Positions 48,043-57,908 of a DNA stretch of 64,000 nt are shown here, piece by piece. A program made the translations under genes and the position numbers. Numbering within the stretch: the first letter of the stretch is position 1; each line of letters begins with the position of its first letter. The stretch is from Gemmatimonadota bacterium (GTDB taxonomy: Bacteria > Gemmatimonadota > Gemmatimonadetes > Gemmatimonadales > GWC2-71-9), in contig JADJPD010000010.1 in the NCBI GenBank assembly GCA_016713435.1, positions 167,040-231,039 on the forward strand, given 5' to 3'. The notes under the pieces were generated by a model that was given only the letters and a program-made list of their open reading frames with translations, searched no databases and was not told the DNA's origin.

Positions 48043-48920
48043 CCACCACCCTCCGCGACTGGCTGCTGTTGCTGCGCCCGCAGCAGTGGGTGAAGAACGG
48101 CTTCGTGCTGGCGCCGCTGCTCTTCTCGGGGCGGATGCTGCAGGTGGACGCGATCCGCCTGGCGCTCGAGGCGTGCGCGAGCTTCTGCCTGGTGGCCAGC
48201 GCGGTGTACGTCTTCAACGACGTCATCGACCGCGAGCGCGACCGCGCGCACCCGGTGAAGCGGCTGCGCCCGGTGGCCAGCGGGCGCATCAGCGCCGGCG
48301 CGGCGCTGCCGGTGGCGCTGGCCCTCGGCGTGGTGGGGCTCGGCCTCGGGTGGCTGGTGCATCCCACGGTGGGCGCCATCCTGGGCAGCTACCTCGGGCT
48401 CAACCTGCTCTACACGCTCCGCCTGAAGCAGGTGGTGCTGCTCGACGTGTTCAGCATCGCCACCTTCTTCGTGCTGCGGCTCCTGGCCGGCGCCGAGGCG
48501 ATCCAGGTGGTGCCGTCCATCTGGCTGATCCTGTGCGGCGGGCTGCTGGCGCTCTACCTGGGCTTCGCCAAGCGGCGGCATGAGCTGATGCTGCTGGGCG
48601 GGGCGTCGGCGAGCCATCGGGGGGTGCTGGCGGAGTACAGCCCGCAGTTCCTCGACCAGATGAGCACGGTGCTGCTCTCGGTCACGCTGATCTCGTACGT
48701 GATGTACACGCTGTCGCCCGAGAAGCTGGCGGAGGTGGGGAGCTATGCGCTCACCTACAGCACCGGCTTCGTGCTGTACGGCGTGTTCCGGTACCTGTAC
48801 CTGGTGCACCAGAAGGAGCAGGGCAGCCCCACGGAGGCGCTGCTGACCGACCGGTCGCTGCTCACGGCGGTGGTGCTCTGGGCGGGGTACTGTGCCCTCG
48901 TGATCTACCGGGCCGTCTAG
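48039..48920 (+). CDS. UbiA-family prenyltransferase, decaprenyl-phosphate phosphoribosyltransferase (DPPR synthase)-like
   Basis: Frame of ORF 47115..48920. GTGA overlap. LRPQQWVKNGFVLAPLLFSG, YVFNDVIDRERD (NDxxDxxxD), GFAKRRHE. About 8 TM. Confidence 0.8.
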   Translation: MTTTLRDWLLLLRPQQWVKNGFVLAPLLFSGRMLQVDAIRLALEACASFCLVASAVYVFNDVIDRERDRAHPVKRLRPVASGRISAGAALPVALALGVVGLGLGWLVHPTVGAILGSYLGLNLLYTLRLKQVVLLDVFSIATFFVLRLLAGAEAIQVVPSIWLILCGGLLALYLGFAKRRHELMLLGGASASHRGVLAEYSPQFLDQMSTVLLSVTLISYVMYTLSPEKLAEVGSYALTYSTGFVLYGVFRYLYLVHQKEQGSPTEALLTDRSLLTAVVLWAGYCALVIYRAV

Positions 48921-48997
48921 GGTAGCACCACGGCCCCGGACCCCGCCCGGGTCCCGGGGACGAGAATCGCACCCGTCTGGAGGCGTCTCCGGGGGGG

Positions 48998-49013
48998 TGG
49001 AACGCCTCTTGCC
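48998..49013 (+). promoter_or_regulatory. Candidate sigma-54 (-24/-12) promoter
   Basis: TGGAACGCCTCTTGCC (one mismatch). Lies 94 nt upstream of ATG 49107. A perfect 10-bp-stem hairpin (49055..49079) lies in the predicted leader. Confidence 0.55.
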
Positions 49014-49106
49014 AAGGCAATATGCCGTAAACCGATCCCCGATTGGCCGTCGTGGGGGTGGCGGGCCGTCCGCCACCCCGAGTCCTGTATCCGTGCCGGA
49101 GTGACC

Positions 49107-49277
49107 ATGCTGAACTTCCAGCTCTTTGCGCTTTACGTGGGTCCCGACCAGCTGCTCCCGATCACCTCGATCCTCGGGGCCATCGGCGGGGCGATCATGA
49201 TCTTCTGGCGGCAGGTGGTCGGCTTCTTCCGGCGCGTGACGGGCGGGGCCAAGACGGGCGAGGCCAAGAAGGACTGA
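49107..49277 (+). CDS. Small (56 aa) single-TM protein, not in the supplied ORF track
   Basis: Own translation: MLNFQLFALYVGPDQLLPITSILGAIGGAIMIFWRQVVGFFRRVTGGAKTGEAKKD. GGAG lies 5 nt before the ATG. GC3-rich codons like neighbouring genes. TGA at 49275. Confidence 0.55.
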   Translation: MLNFQLFALYVGPDQLLPITSILGAIGGAIMIFWRQVVGFFRRVTGGAKTGEAKKD

Positions 49278-49297
49278 CGGACCGGGGGCACGGGCGG

Positions 49298-50198
49298 ATG
49301 CCTGCCTCGGTGGTGGTGGCGTCTTGCCGGGACCCGAAGCTCCTCGAGCGGCTGCTCGCGGCGCTCGCGCCCCTGGCGGAGCGCCACGGGGTGGAGCGGG
49401 TGGTGGCGCGGGCCGGGACGGCGGCGGAGGTGGCCGCGCTCGAGGCGCGGCATCCCGGGGTCCGGTTTGTCCGGGCGGCGCCCGGCACCGGCGTCCCCGC
49501 GCTCCGCGGCCTCGGCATGCAGGCCGCCACGGGGACCCGGTGGCGGTCACCGAGGACCACCTGGTCCCCGCGCCTGACTGGCTGGACCGGCTGGTGCCCG
49601 CCCTCGGGCCGGGGATCGGGGCGGCCGGCGGCGGCATGGCGAACGGCGAGGGCCTCGGGCTCCTCGCATGGGCGGCCTACTACTCGGATTACGGCTTCTA
49701 CAGCAAGGCGCGGCGGGACCCGCCGGGGACCATTCCCCTGCTCACCGCCGCCAACATCGTCTATCCCCGGCGGGTGGTGGCCGACGTGGCCGCCTGGTCG
49801 GTCGCCGGGGAGTGGGAAAACGTCCTGCACGACCGGCTCCGCGCCCAGGGGAGCGGCTGGCCTTCGTGCCGGAGGCGGTGGTGTACCACGTGCAGCGGTA
49901 CGGGTTCGCGGAGTTCTGCCGGGACCGCTACGAGCACGGGCTCGAGTACGCCCGGAGCCGCCTGGCGGAGCACCCGGAGTCCAACCGCTGGCTGCTGCTG
50001 CTGGCGGCTCCCCTGCTGGCGGTGCTCCTGTTCCTGCGGATTGCCCGGGCCAGTTGGCGGGAGCGGCCGGCCATCTTCCTGGCCGCCAGCCCGCTCACCC
50101 TGCTGCTGCTGGGCTGGTGGGCCATCGGCGAGGCGGTGGGGTACTGGCGGGGGCCGGCCCGGGCGCTGGAGGCGGGGATGGGGGCGCGGGCGGCCTGA
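49298..50198 (+). pseudogene. GT-A-like glycosyltransferase (paralog of 37644..); 2 frame breaks in G4 runs (49531-49534, 49848-49851)
   Basis: MPASVVVASCRDPKLLERLLAAL...GMQAATG (ORF 49043 frame) -> DPVAVTEDHLVPAPDWLDRL...LHDRLRAQG (ORF 49324 frame) -> ERLAFVPEAVVYHVQ... plus C-terminal TM (ORF 49668..50198). Confidence 0.65.
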
Positions 50199-50292
50199 TT
50201 CCCGGGCATTTCTGGGTTGCCGGCGCCACAGGTCATGCCGGACCGTGGCGCCCGCGCCACAGCTGGACGGGGCAATCGCTACTATGGTTGGT

Positions 50293-50308
50293 GGGTATGG
50301 GGTTTGCT
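50293..50308 (+). promoter_or_regulatory. Candidate sigma-54 (-24/-12) promoter
   Basis: GGGTATGGGGTTTGCT with correct spacing. Lies 62 nt upstream of ATG 50370 (AGGAG Shine-Dalgarno). Confidence 0.45.
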
Positions 50309-50369
50309 CGGTAAGGGGCGGCCATTCGGGCCGGAACCGGACTTTCGCTGAACGCCTGCAGGAGCGGGA

Positions 50370-51539
50370 ATGAACATCATCAGTCGCGTCGCCCGACACG
50401 CCCGGCTCACGAGCTACTCGTACCGGGACATGGACAGTCCGCCCTTCCTGGTGCTGTTCATCAACAGCATCTGCAACATGAAGTGCGAGCACTGCTTCTA
50501 CTGGACGAGCCTGAACAAGAAGGACGACCTGAGCAAGGAGGAGATCTTCGCGCTCTCCGACTCGCTCGGCATGATCGAGAACCTCAACCTCTCCGGCGGC
50601 GAGCCCTTCCTGCGGAAGGAATTCGGCGAGATCTGCCGCAAGTTCATCCAGACCAACGGCGTGAAGCAGATCTACGTGCCCACCAACGGCTACTTCACGG
50701 AGCGCTGCATCGCGGCGATCCGGGAGGTGCTCAAGGAGCCGGGGCTGGACCTGTTCGTGGCGGAGATCTCGCTCGACGGCATGCCCGAGTTCCACGACAA
50801 GTTCCGCGTGGCGCGGCACGCCTTCAAGAAGGCCATGGAGACGTACGATGCGCTGGTGAAGCTGCAGGAGGAGGACCCGCGGGTGCGGATCCACTCCATC
50901 TCCACCGCCACCGACGTGAACATGGAGGAGATCAAGAAGCTCACGACGTACCTGTACGAGCGCTGCCCCAAGATGGACCACCACAACCTGGCCATCATCC
51001 GGGGCGACCGGAAGAACCCGACGCTCAAGGGTCCGAGCCTCAAGCAGTACGAGGATCTCTACGAGTACATCCGCCGCCTCTGGGCCCCGCGCGAGCAGGG
51101 CCGCACGGGCTCGGCGGTGGAGCCGATGCTGCAGTGGGCCAAGACGGAGTCGGTGAAGCAGGAGCGGCAGGTGGTGCCGTGCAAGGCGGGGAAGATCTCG
51201 GGCGTGGTGTACGCCAACGGCGACGTGGGCGTGTGCGAGATCCACAAGCCGATCGGCAACCTGCGGCAGAAGACCTTCCCGGAGATCTGGCACTCGCCGG
51301 AGGCGAAGAAGCTGCGGCAGCAGATCGCCAACAAGGAGTGCTGGTGCACCACCGAGGTGTTCATGTGGTCGAGCATCGTGTACCAGCCGCTGCCGCTGCT
51401 CGAGGCCACGCTCAAGGGGAAGGTGTGGAGCAAGCCGCTCCCGCTGCATCCCTCGGAGCGGGTGCCGGTCTCCCTGGCCGACGGCCCGACCCCGGGCGAG
51501 GCGAGCGCGGAGGAACCCGCGGAGTCCACGGCGGGCTGA
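50370..51539 (+). CDS. Radical SAM protein with SPASM-like C-terminal Cys-rich domain
   Basis: ORF 50370..51539. [15 protein letters not shown] (CxxxCxxC), [10 protein letters not shown]-terminal [23 protein letters not shown]...[10 protein letters not shown] about 57-62% by hand count, below the locus average. Confidence 0.85.
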   Translation: MNIISRVARHARLTSYSYRDMDSPPFLVLFINSICNMKCEHCFYWTSLNKKDDLSKEEIFALSDSLGMIENLNLSGGEPFLRKEFGEICRKFIQTNGVKQIYVPTNGYFTERCIAAIREVLKEPGLDLFVAEISLDGMPEFHDKFRVARHAFKKAMETYDALVKLQEEDPRVRIHSISTATDVNMEEIKKLTTYLYERCPKMDHHNLAIIRGDRKNPTLKGPSLKQYEDLYEYIRRLWAPREQGRTGSAVEPMLQWAKTESVKQERQVVPCKAGKISGVVYANGDVGVCEIHKPIGNLRQKTFPEIWHSPEAKKLRQQIANKECWCTTEVFMWSSIVYQPLPLLEATLKGKVWSKPLPLHPSERVPVSLADGPTPGEASAEEPAESTAG

Positions 51540-51561
51540 GGCCCGCCGCCGGCAGACCCTC

Positions 51562-51592
51562 CCGGCCCGGGCTTCCCGGGCCGGTTCTGTTT
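51562..51592 (+). terminator. Rho-independent terminator
   Basis: CCGGCCCGGG-ctt-CCCGGGCCGG: perfect 10-bp stem followed by TTCTGTTT. Confidence 0.7.
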
Positions 51593-51626
51593 CCCCGGGC
51601 GGTGGCGCGGTACCCCGGCCCGGGCG

Positions 51627-51642
51627 GGGCATGTAGATTGCC
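51627..51642 (+). promoter_or_regulatory. Candidate sigma-54 (-24/-12) promoter
   Basis: GGGCATGTAGATTGCC with correct spacing. Lies ~103 nt upstream of GTG 51745. A 9-bp-stem hairpin at 51699..51721 lies in the leader. Confidence 0.45.
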
Positions 51643-51744
51643 CCTCGGCAGGCGTGGTGCGGGTGCAAGGCCTTGTGCCCATGCCACTTACGATCCAGCC
51701 CCCCGGGCCACGCCCGGGGGGCCACCCTTGCGAGTGGGAGCACC

Positions 51745-53585
<1,841 letters not shown>

Positions 53586-53592
<7 letters not shown>

Positions 53593-54341
53593 ACTCGCAC
53601 TCGGCGGCGCAGGGCCGCCGGCCCGCCACGCCCCCGGCCGCCACGCTCCGGCTGAGCGTGGTGGTGCCGGTGTACAACGAGGCGGCCACCCTCGAGGACA
53701 TCCTGCGGCGGCTGCGGCTGGTGCCGCTCGCCCTCGAGGTCATCGCCGTGGACGACTGCTCCCGCGACGAGAGCCCCGCCATCCTGGCGCGGCTCCTGGC
53801 CGAGGGGGTGGTGGACCGGGTGCTGCGGCACGAGGTGAACCGGGGGAAGGGCGCGGCGCTCCGTACCGGCTTTGCCGCCGCCACCGGCGACGTGATCGTG
53901 CCGCAGGACGCCGACCTCGAGTACGACCCCTACGACTTCGTGGCCATGCTCGACGTGCTGGCGCGGGACGAGGCCGACGCGGTGTACGGCTCGCGCTTCC
54001 TCAAGGGCCGGTTCCATGGGCGCTACCTGGGCCACCTGATCGGCAACCGGGTGCTGACCTGGTGGAGCAACCGCTGGACGGGCCTCGGCCTCACCGACAT
54101 GGAAACCTGCTACAAGATGGTGAGGGCGCCGCTGCTCACGTCGCTGGTGCTCACCACCGACCGCTTCGGCATCGAGCCGGAGATCACCGCGCGGCTGGCC
54201 CAGGCCGGGGCGCGGGTGGTGGAGGTGCCGGTGAGCTACGCGGGGCGGAGCTTCGAGGCGGGGAAGAAGATCACCTGGAAGGACGGGCTCGCCGGACTGC
54301 TGCACGTGGTGCACTTCAGCCTGGTGCGGCCCACGCGATGA
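53586..54341 (+). CDS. Family-2 glycosyltransferase, polyprenyl-phosphate-sugar synthase-like (Dpm1/ArnC-like)
   Basis: Frame of ORF 52923..54341. [14 protein letters not shown]..., IAVDDCSRD..., [27 protein letters not shown]. Confidence 0.8.
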
Positions 54342-55645
54342 GCCGGGTGACCATCTCCCCCGACGCACTGGTGCGCCTGACGCAGATCGCCGGTGAGGCG
54401 GGCTGCGCCATCCTGGGCCACTACGGCAAGGGCGGCCCCGTCGAGACCAAGGGCGACAACAGCCCCGTGACCCTGGCCGACAAGGCGGCGCACGCCAAGA
54501 TCTCGGCCGCGCTCGCGGCGTGGGATCCGACGATCCCGGTGATCTCCGAGGAAGGGGAGATCCCCGGCCCCGAGGGGCGCGCGGGGTGGCGCCGGTTCTG
54601 GCTGGTGGACCCGCTCGACGGGACCAAGGAGTTCATCCAGCAGAACGGCGAGTTCACGGTGAACATCGCCCTGATCGAGGACGGGGTGCCGGTGCTCGGC
54701 GTGATCTACGCCCCGGCGCTGGACCTGCTCTACTACGCGGGGCAGGGCCTCGGCAGCTGGAAGCGCGAGAAGGGCGGGGCGCCGGTGCGGATCTTCTCCC
54801 GGCCGCCGCTGCCGCAGCATGCGCTCCGGGTGGCGGAGAGCCGGTCGCACCCGTCGAAGGAACTCGAGGAGTACCTCGCGACCATCCTCGTGGCGGAGCG
54901 GGTGCCGGCGGGGAGCTCGCTCAAGTTCTGCTGGGTGGCGGAGGGGAAGGCGGACATCTACCCGCGGCTCGGCCCCACCATGGAGTGGGACGTGGCCGCC
55001 GGCGACTGCATCTTCCGGAACTCGGGTGAGAAGAAGCCGCGCGCTTCCTCGCTGGTGTACAACCAGCCGGCGCTCAAGAACCCCGGCTTCGTCATCGGCC
55101 TCGACGACAGCGCGCTCGAGACGGGGAGCGGCGAGGGGCGGGTGGTGTGGTTCACCGGGCTCTCGGGCTCGGGGAAGAGCACCATCGCGCGGCAGGTGGT
55201 GGCAGCGCTCGAGGCGCGGGGCGAGGCGGTGGAGTACCTCGACGGCGATGCCATCCGCGACATCTTCCCCGCCACCGGCTTCACGCGGCCGGAGCGGGAC
55301 GCGCACATCCGCCGGGTGGGTTGGGTGGCGAGCCGGCTGGAGCGGCACGGGGTGACGGTGATCGCGTCGCTGGTGTCGCCGTACGAGGAGTCGCGCCGGT
55401 TCGTGCGCGGGCTCTGCCGGCACTACCACGAGGTGTACGTGAGCACCTCGTTCGACGAGTGCGCCCGGCGCGACGTGAAGGGGCTGTACGCGAAGGCGCT
55501 CAAGGGCGAGATCAAGCACTTCACGGGCCTCGACGACCCGTACGAGCCGCCGGCCACGCCGGAGCTCACCATCGACACGACCAACCTCCCGGTGGACGCG
55601 GCCGTCCAGCGGGTGCTGGCGTACCTGGACGGAGGCAGGGCATGA
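54338..55645 (+). CDS. Fusion: 3'(2'),5'-bisphosphate nucleotidase (CysQ-like) + adenylylsulfate kinase (CysC)
   Basis: Frame of ORF 54062..55645. ATGA overlap. N-terminal part: SPVTLADK..., [22 protein letters not shown]-terminal part from ~55140: [39 protein letters not shown]. Confidence 0.85.
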   Translation: MSRVTISPDALVRLTQIAGEAGCAILGHYGKGGPVETKGDNSPVTLADKAAHAKISAALAAWDPTIPVISEEGEIPGPEGRAGWRRFWLVDPLDGTKEFIQQNGEFTVNIALIEDGVPVLGVIYAPALDLLYYAGQGLGSWKREKGGAPVRIFSRPPLPQHALRVAESRSHPSKELEEYLATILVAERVPAGSSLKFCWVAEGKADIYPRLGPTMEWDVAAGDCIFRNSGEKKPRASSLVYNQPALKNPGFVIGLDDSALETGSGEGRVVWFTGLSGSGKSTIARQVVAALEARGEAVEYLDGDAIRDIFPATGFTRPERDAHIRRVGWVASRLERHGVTVIASLVSPYEESRRFVRGLCRHYHEVYVSTSFDECARRDVKGLYAKALKGEIKHFTGLDDPYEPPATPELTIDTTNLPVDAAVQRVLAYLDGGRA

Positions 55646-56541
55646 CCACGACCGTGACCATGGATCACCTGGACCAGCTGGAGCACAAGAGCGTCCACAT
55701 CTTCCGTGAGGCGTACGCCAGCTTCAAGAACTTGTGCATGCTCTGGTCCATCGGGAAGGACTCGACGGTCCTCCTCTGGCTGGCGCGGAAGGCCTTCTAC
55801 GGCCACGTGCCGTTCCCGCTGGTGCACATCGACACCAGCTTCAAGATCCCGGAGATGATCCGCTACCGCGACCGGCTGGCCGCGGAGTGGAACCTGAACC
55901 TGATCTACGGCCAGAACGTGAAGGCGCTGGAGGAGAAGCGCACCTTCCCCGACGGCGCGGTGGACCGGATCACCTGCTGCGGCCTGCTCAAGACCGAGGC
56001 GCTCAAGAAGACGCTCTCGGGCGAGTGGCCGCGGTGGAAGTTCAACCACGCCAAGAAGGCGTACGAGGTCGACAAGAACACCGAGCCGTACACCGGCGTG
56101 ATCGTGGGCGCGCGCGCGGACGAGGAAGGCAGCCGCTCCAAGGAGCGCTACTTCTCCCCCCGCAACCAGCAGTCCACCTGGGACGTCGGCGACCAGCCGC
56201 CCGAGTTCTGGAACCAGTACAAGACGGAGTTTGCGCCGGGCACGCACCTGCGCATCCACCCGCTGCTCGACTGGACCGAGCTCAACATCTGGGAGTACAT
56301 CCAGCGGGAGAACATCCCCACGGTGTCGCTGTACTACGACCAGGGCACCGGGATCCGCTACCGCTCGCTCGGCTGCGGCCCGTGCACCAAGGCGGTGGAG
56401 AGCACCTCGCGGAACGTCGAGGAGATCATCATCGAGCTCAAGACCGGCAAGTTCGCCAACATCGCCGAGCGGAGCGGGCGCGCCCAGGACAAGGACGACG
56501 GCGGCGGGCTCGAGACGCTGCGGCGCGACGGGTACATGTAA
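55642..56541 (+). CDS. cysD: Sulfate adenylyltransferase subunit 2
   Basis: Frame of ORF 55147..56541. ATGA overlap. [11 protein letters not shown]..., [56 protein letters not shown]. Confidence 0.9.
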   Translation: MTTTVTMDHLDQLEHKSVHIFREAYASFKNLCMLWSIGKDSTVLLWLARKAFYGHVPFPLVHIDTSFKIPEMIRYRDRLAAEWNLNLIYGQNVKALEEKRTFPDGAVDRITCCGLLKTEALKKTLSGEWPRWKFNHAKKAYEVDKNTEPYTGVIVGARADEEGSRSKERYFSPRNQQSTWDVGDQPPEFWNQYKTEFAPGTHLRIHPLLDWTELNIWEYIQRENIPTVSLYYDQGTGIRYRSLGCGPCTKAVESTSRNVEEIIIELKTGKFANIAERSGRAQDKDDGGGLETLRRDGYM

Positions 56542-56543
56542 CC

Positions 56544-57689
56544 ATGGACTTCGGCTTCCGCCCCGAGCAGCTCGAGTTCCGGCAGGCCACGCTCGAGTTT
56601 GCCCGGAAGAGCCTGCAGGACGACCTCCCCGCGCGCGAGAAGCGCGGGGAGTTTTCGCGCGCGCTGTGGCGCGCGTGCGGGGAGTTCGGGATCCAGGGGC
56701 TGCCCTTCCCGGAGCAGTACGGCGGCGGCGGCCAGGACGTCCTCACCACCATCCTGGCCATGGAGGCCCTCGGCGAGGGGTGCGCCGACAACGGCCTGCT
56801 CTTCGGACTGGCGGCGCAGATGTGGTCGGTGCAGATGCCCCTCTGGCGCCACGGCACCGAGGCCCAGCGGGAGCGCTGGCTCCCCGCGCTCTGCCGCGGT
56901 GAGCTGATCGGCGCCCACGGCATGAGCGAGCCCGACTCCGGCTCCGACGCCTTCGCCCTCCGCACCGTCGCCGAGAAGCGGGGCGACTGCTACGTGCTGA
57001 CGGGCACCAAGACGTTCGTGAGCGAGGCGCCGGTGGCGGACGTCTTCGTGGTCTTCGCCACCCTCGACCGGGAGAAGGGGCCGCTCGGCCTCACCGCCTT
57101 CCTGGTGGAGCGGGACACGCCCGGCTTCCGGGTGGGGCGCGGCATCGAGAAGATGGGGCTCAAGACCTCGCCGATGGCGGAGCTCATCCTCGAGGAGTGC
57201 GTGGTGCCCGCCGCCAACCGGCTGGGCCGCGAGGGGCGCGCGGCGCAGATCTTCAACGACTCCATGGAGTGGGAGCGGGGCTGCATCCTGGCCTTCAACC
57301 TGGGGACGCAGGCCCGGCTGCTCGACAGCTCCATCCGCTACTGCCGCGAGCGGCAGCAGTATGGCCAGAGCATCGGGAAGTTCCAGGCGGTGGCCGGCCG
57401 GCTGGTGGACATGAAGCTCCGGCTCGAGGCCAGCCGGCTGCTGCTCTACCGCGCGGCGTGGGCCAAGGAGCGGGGCCAGGACGCGGGGCTCTGGGCCGCG
57501 CTCTCCAAGCTGTACGTGAGCGAGGCCATGCTGGCGACCAGCCTCGATGCCGTGCAGGTGCGCGGCGGCTACGGTTTCACCACCGAGTACGAGGTGGAGC
57601 GCGACCTGCGCGACGCCGTGGGCGGAACCCTCTATTCCGGCACCACCGAGATCCAGCGCAACCTCATTGCCCGGAGCCTCGGGCTCTAG
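56544..57689 (+). CDS. Acyl-CoA-dehydrogenase-family flavoprotein
   Basis: Frame of ORF 55734..57689. GAHGMSEPDSGSD, TGTKTFVSEA, GIEKMGLKTSPMAEL, QFGQSIGKFQAV-like (QYGQSIGKFQAVAGRL), GGYGFTTEYEVERDLRDA, YSGTTEIQRNLI. Confidence 0.85.
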   Translation: MDFGFRPEQLEFRQATLEFARKSLQDDLPAREKRGEFSRALWRACGEFGIQGLPFPEQYGGGGQDVLTTILAMEALGEGCADNGLLFGLAAQMWSVQMPLWRHGTEAQRERWLPALCRGELIGAHGMSEPDSGSDAFALRTVAEKRGDCYVLTGTKTFVSEAPVADVFVVFATLDREKGPLGLTAFLVERDTPGFRVGRGIEKMGLKTSPMAELILEECVVPAANRLGREGRAAQIFNDSMEWERGCILAFNLGTQARLLDSSIRYCRERQQYGQSIGKFQAVAGRLVDMKLRLEASRLLLYRAAWAKERGQDAGLWAALSKLYVSEAMLATSLDAVQVRGGYGFTTEYEVERDLRDAVGGTLYSGTTEIQRNLIARSLGL

Positions 57690-57729
57690 CAAGCCGCCCG
57701 GGGCGGGGCACGGCCCCGGCACGGGGTGC

Positions 57730-57745
57730 GTTGCGGCGCCGCAAC
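57730..57745. promoter_or_regulatory. Perfect 16-bp palindrome ~105 nt upstream of a -24/-12 element (candidate enhancer/UAS)
   Basis: GTTGCGGCGCCGCAAC, in the 219-bp gap between the ACAD-like stop and the MBOAT start. Confidence 0.4.
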
Positions 57746-57847
57746 ATGCCGCATTCCCGCCCGGCCCTTCCGAGATATTCCTACCGCATCTTACCGCCAG
57801 ACAATGAGTTAGCTGGAGACCACCGGGCTGCCGGAATCGCCCGGGGA

Positions 57848-57863
57848 TGGCACGGCTTTGGCT
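57848..57863 (+). promoter_or_regulatory. Candidate sigma-54 (-24/-12) promoter
   Basis: TGGCACGGCTTTGGCT: perfect -24 box, -12 box TGGC instead of TTGC. Lies 46 nt upstream of ATG 57909. Confidence 0.45.
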
Positions 57864-57908
57864 AAATCCCGTGCATCACGTCCCGACGCTGGGGCCTCCA
57901 CACTCAGG

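Noticed and set aside
6478-49851. Phase variation by slipped-strand mispairing at the homopolymers that carry the frame breaks
   Set aside because: The runs are only 4-6 nt, well below the lengths (about 7-8 or more) usually associated with contingency loci. Sequencing indels or ordinary mutations are more parsimonious.
46207-51539. Sulfatase plus anaerobic sulfatase-maturating enzyme (anSME) pair
   Set aside because: The sulfatase-like protein has T-L-P-S-H at the site where formylglycine sulfatases have C/S-x-P-x-R, so there is no target for an anSME. The genes are also in different transcription units.
49107-51539. RiPP/glycocin-like cluster (small peptide + GT2 + radical SAM/SPASM)
   Set aside because: The 56-aa product has no Cys, no leader/core organisation and a plain TM helix. 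The genes have separate promoter candidates and the radical SAM gene has its own terminator.
57690-57730. Terminator after the acyl-CoA-dehydrogenase-like gene (GC-rich CCGCCCGGGGCGGGG)
   Set aside because: The arms pair with essentially no loop and no T-tract follows; this is not a convincing intrinsic terminator.
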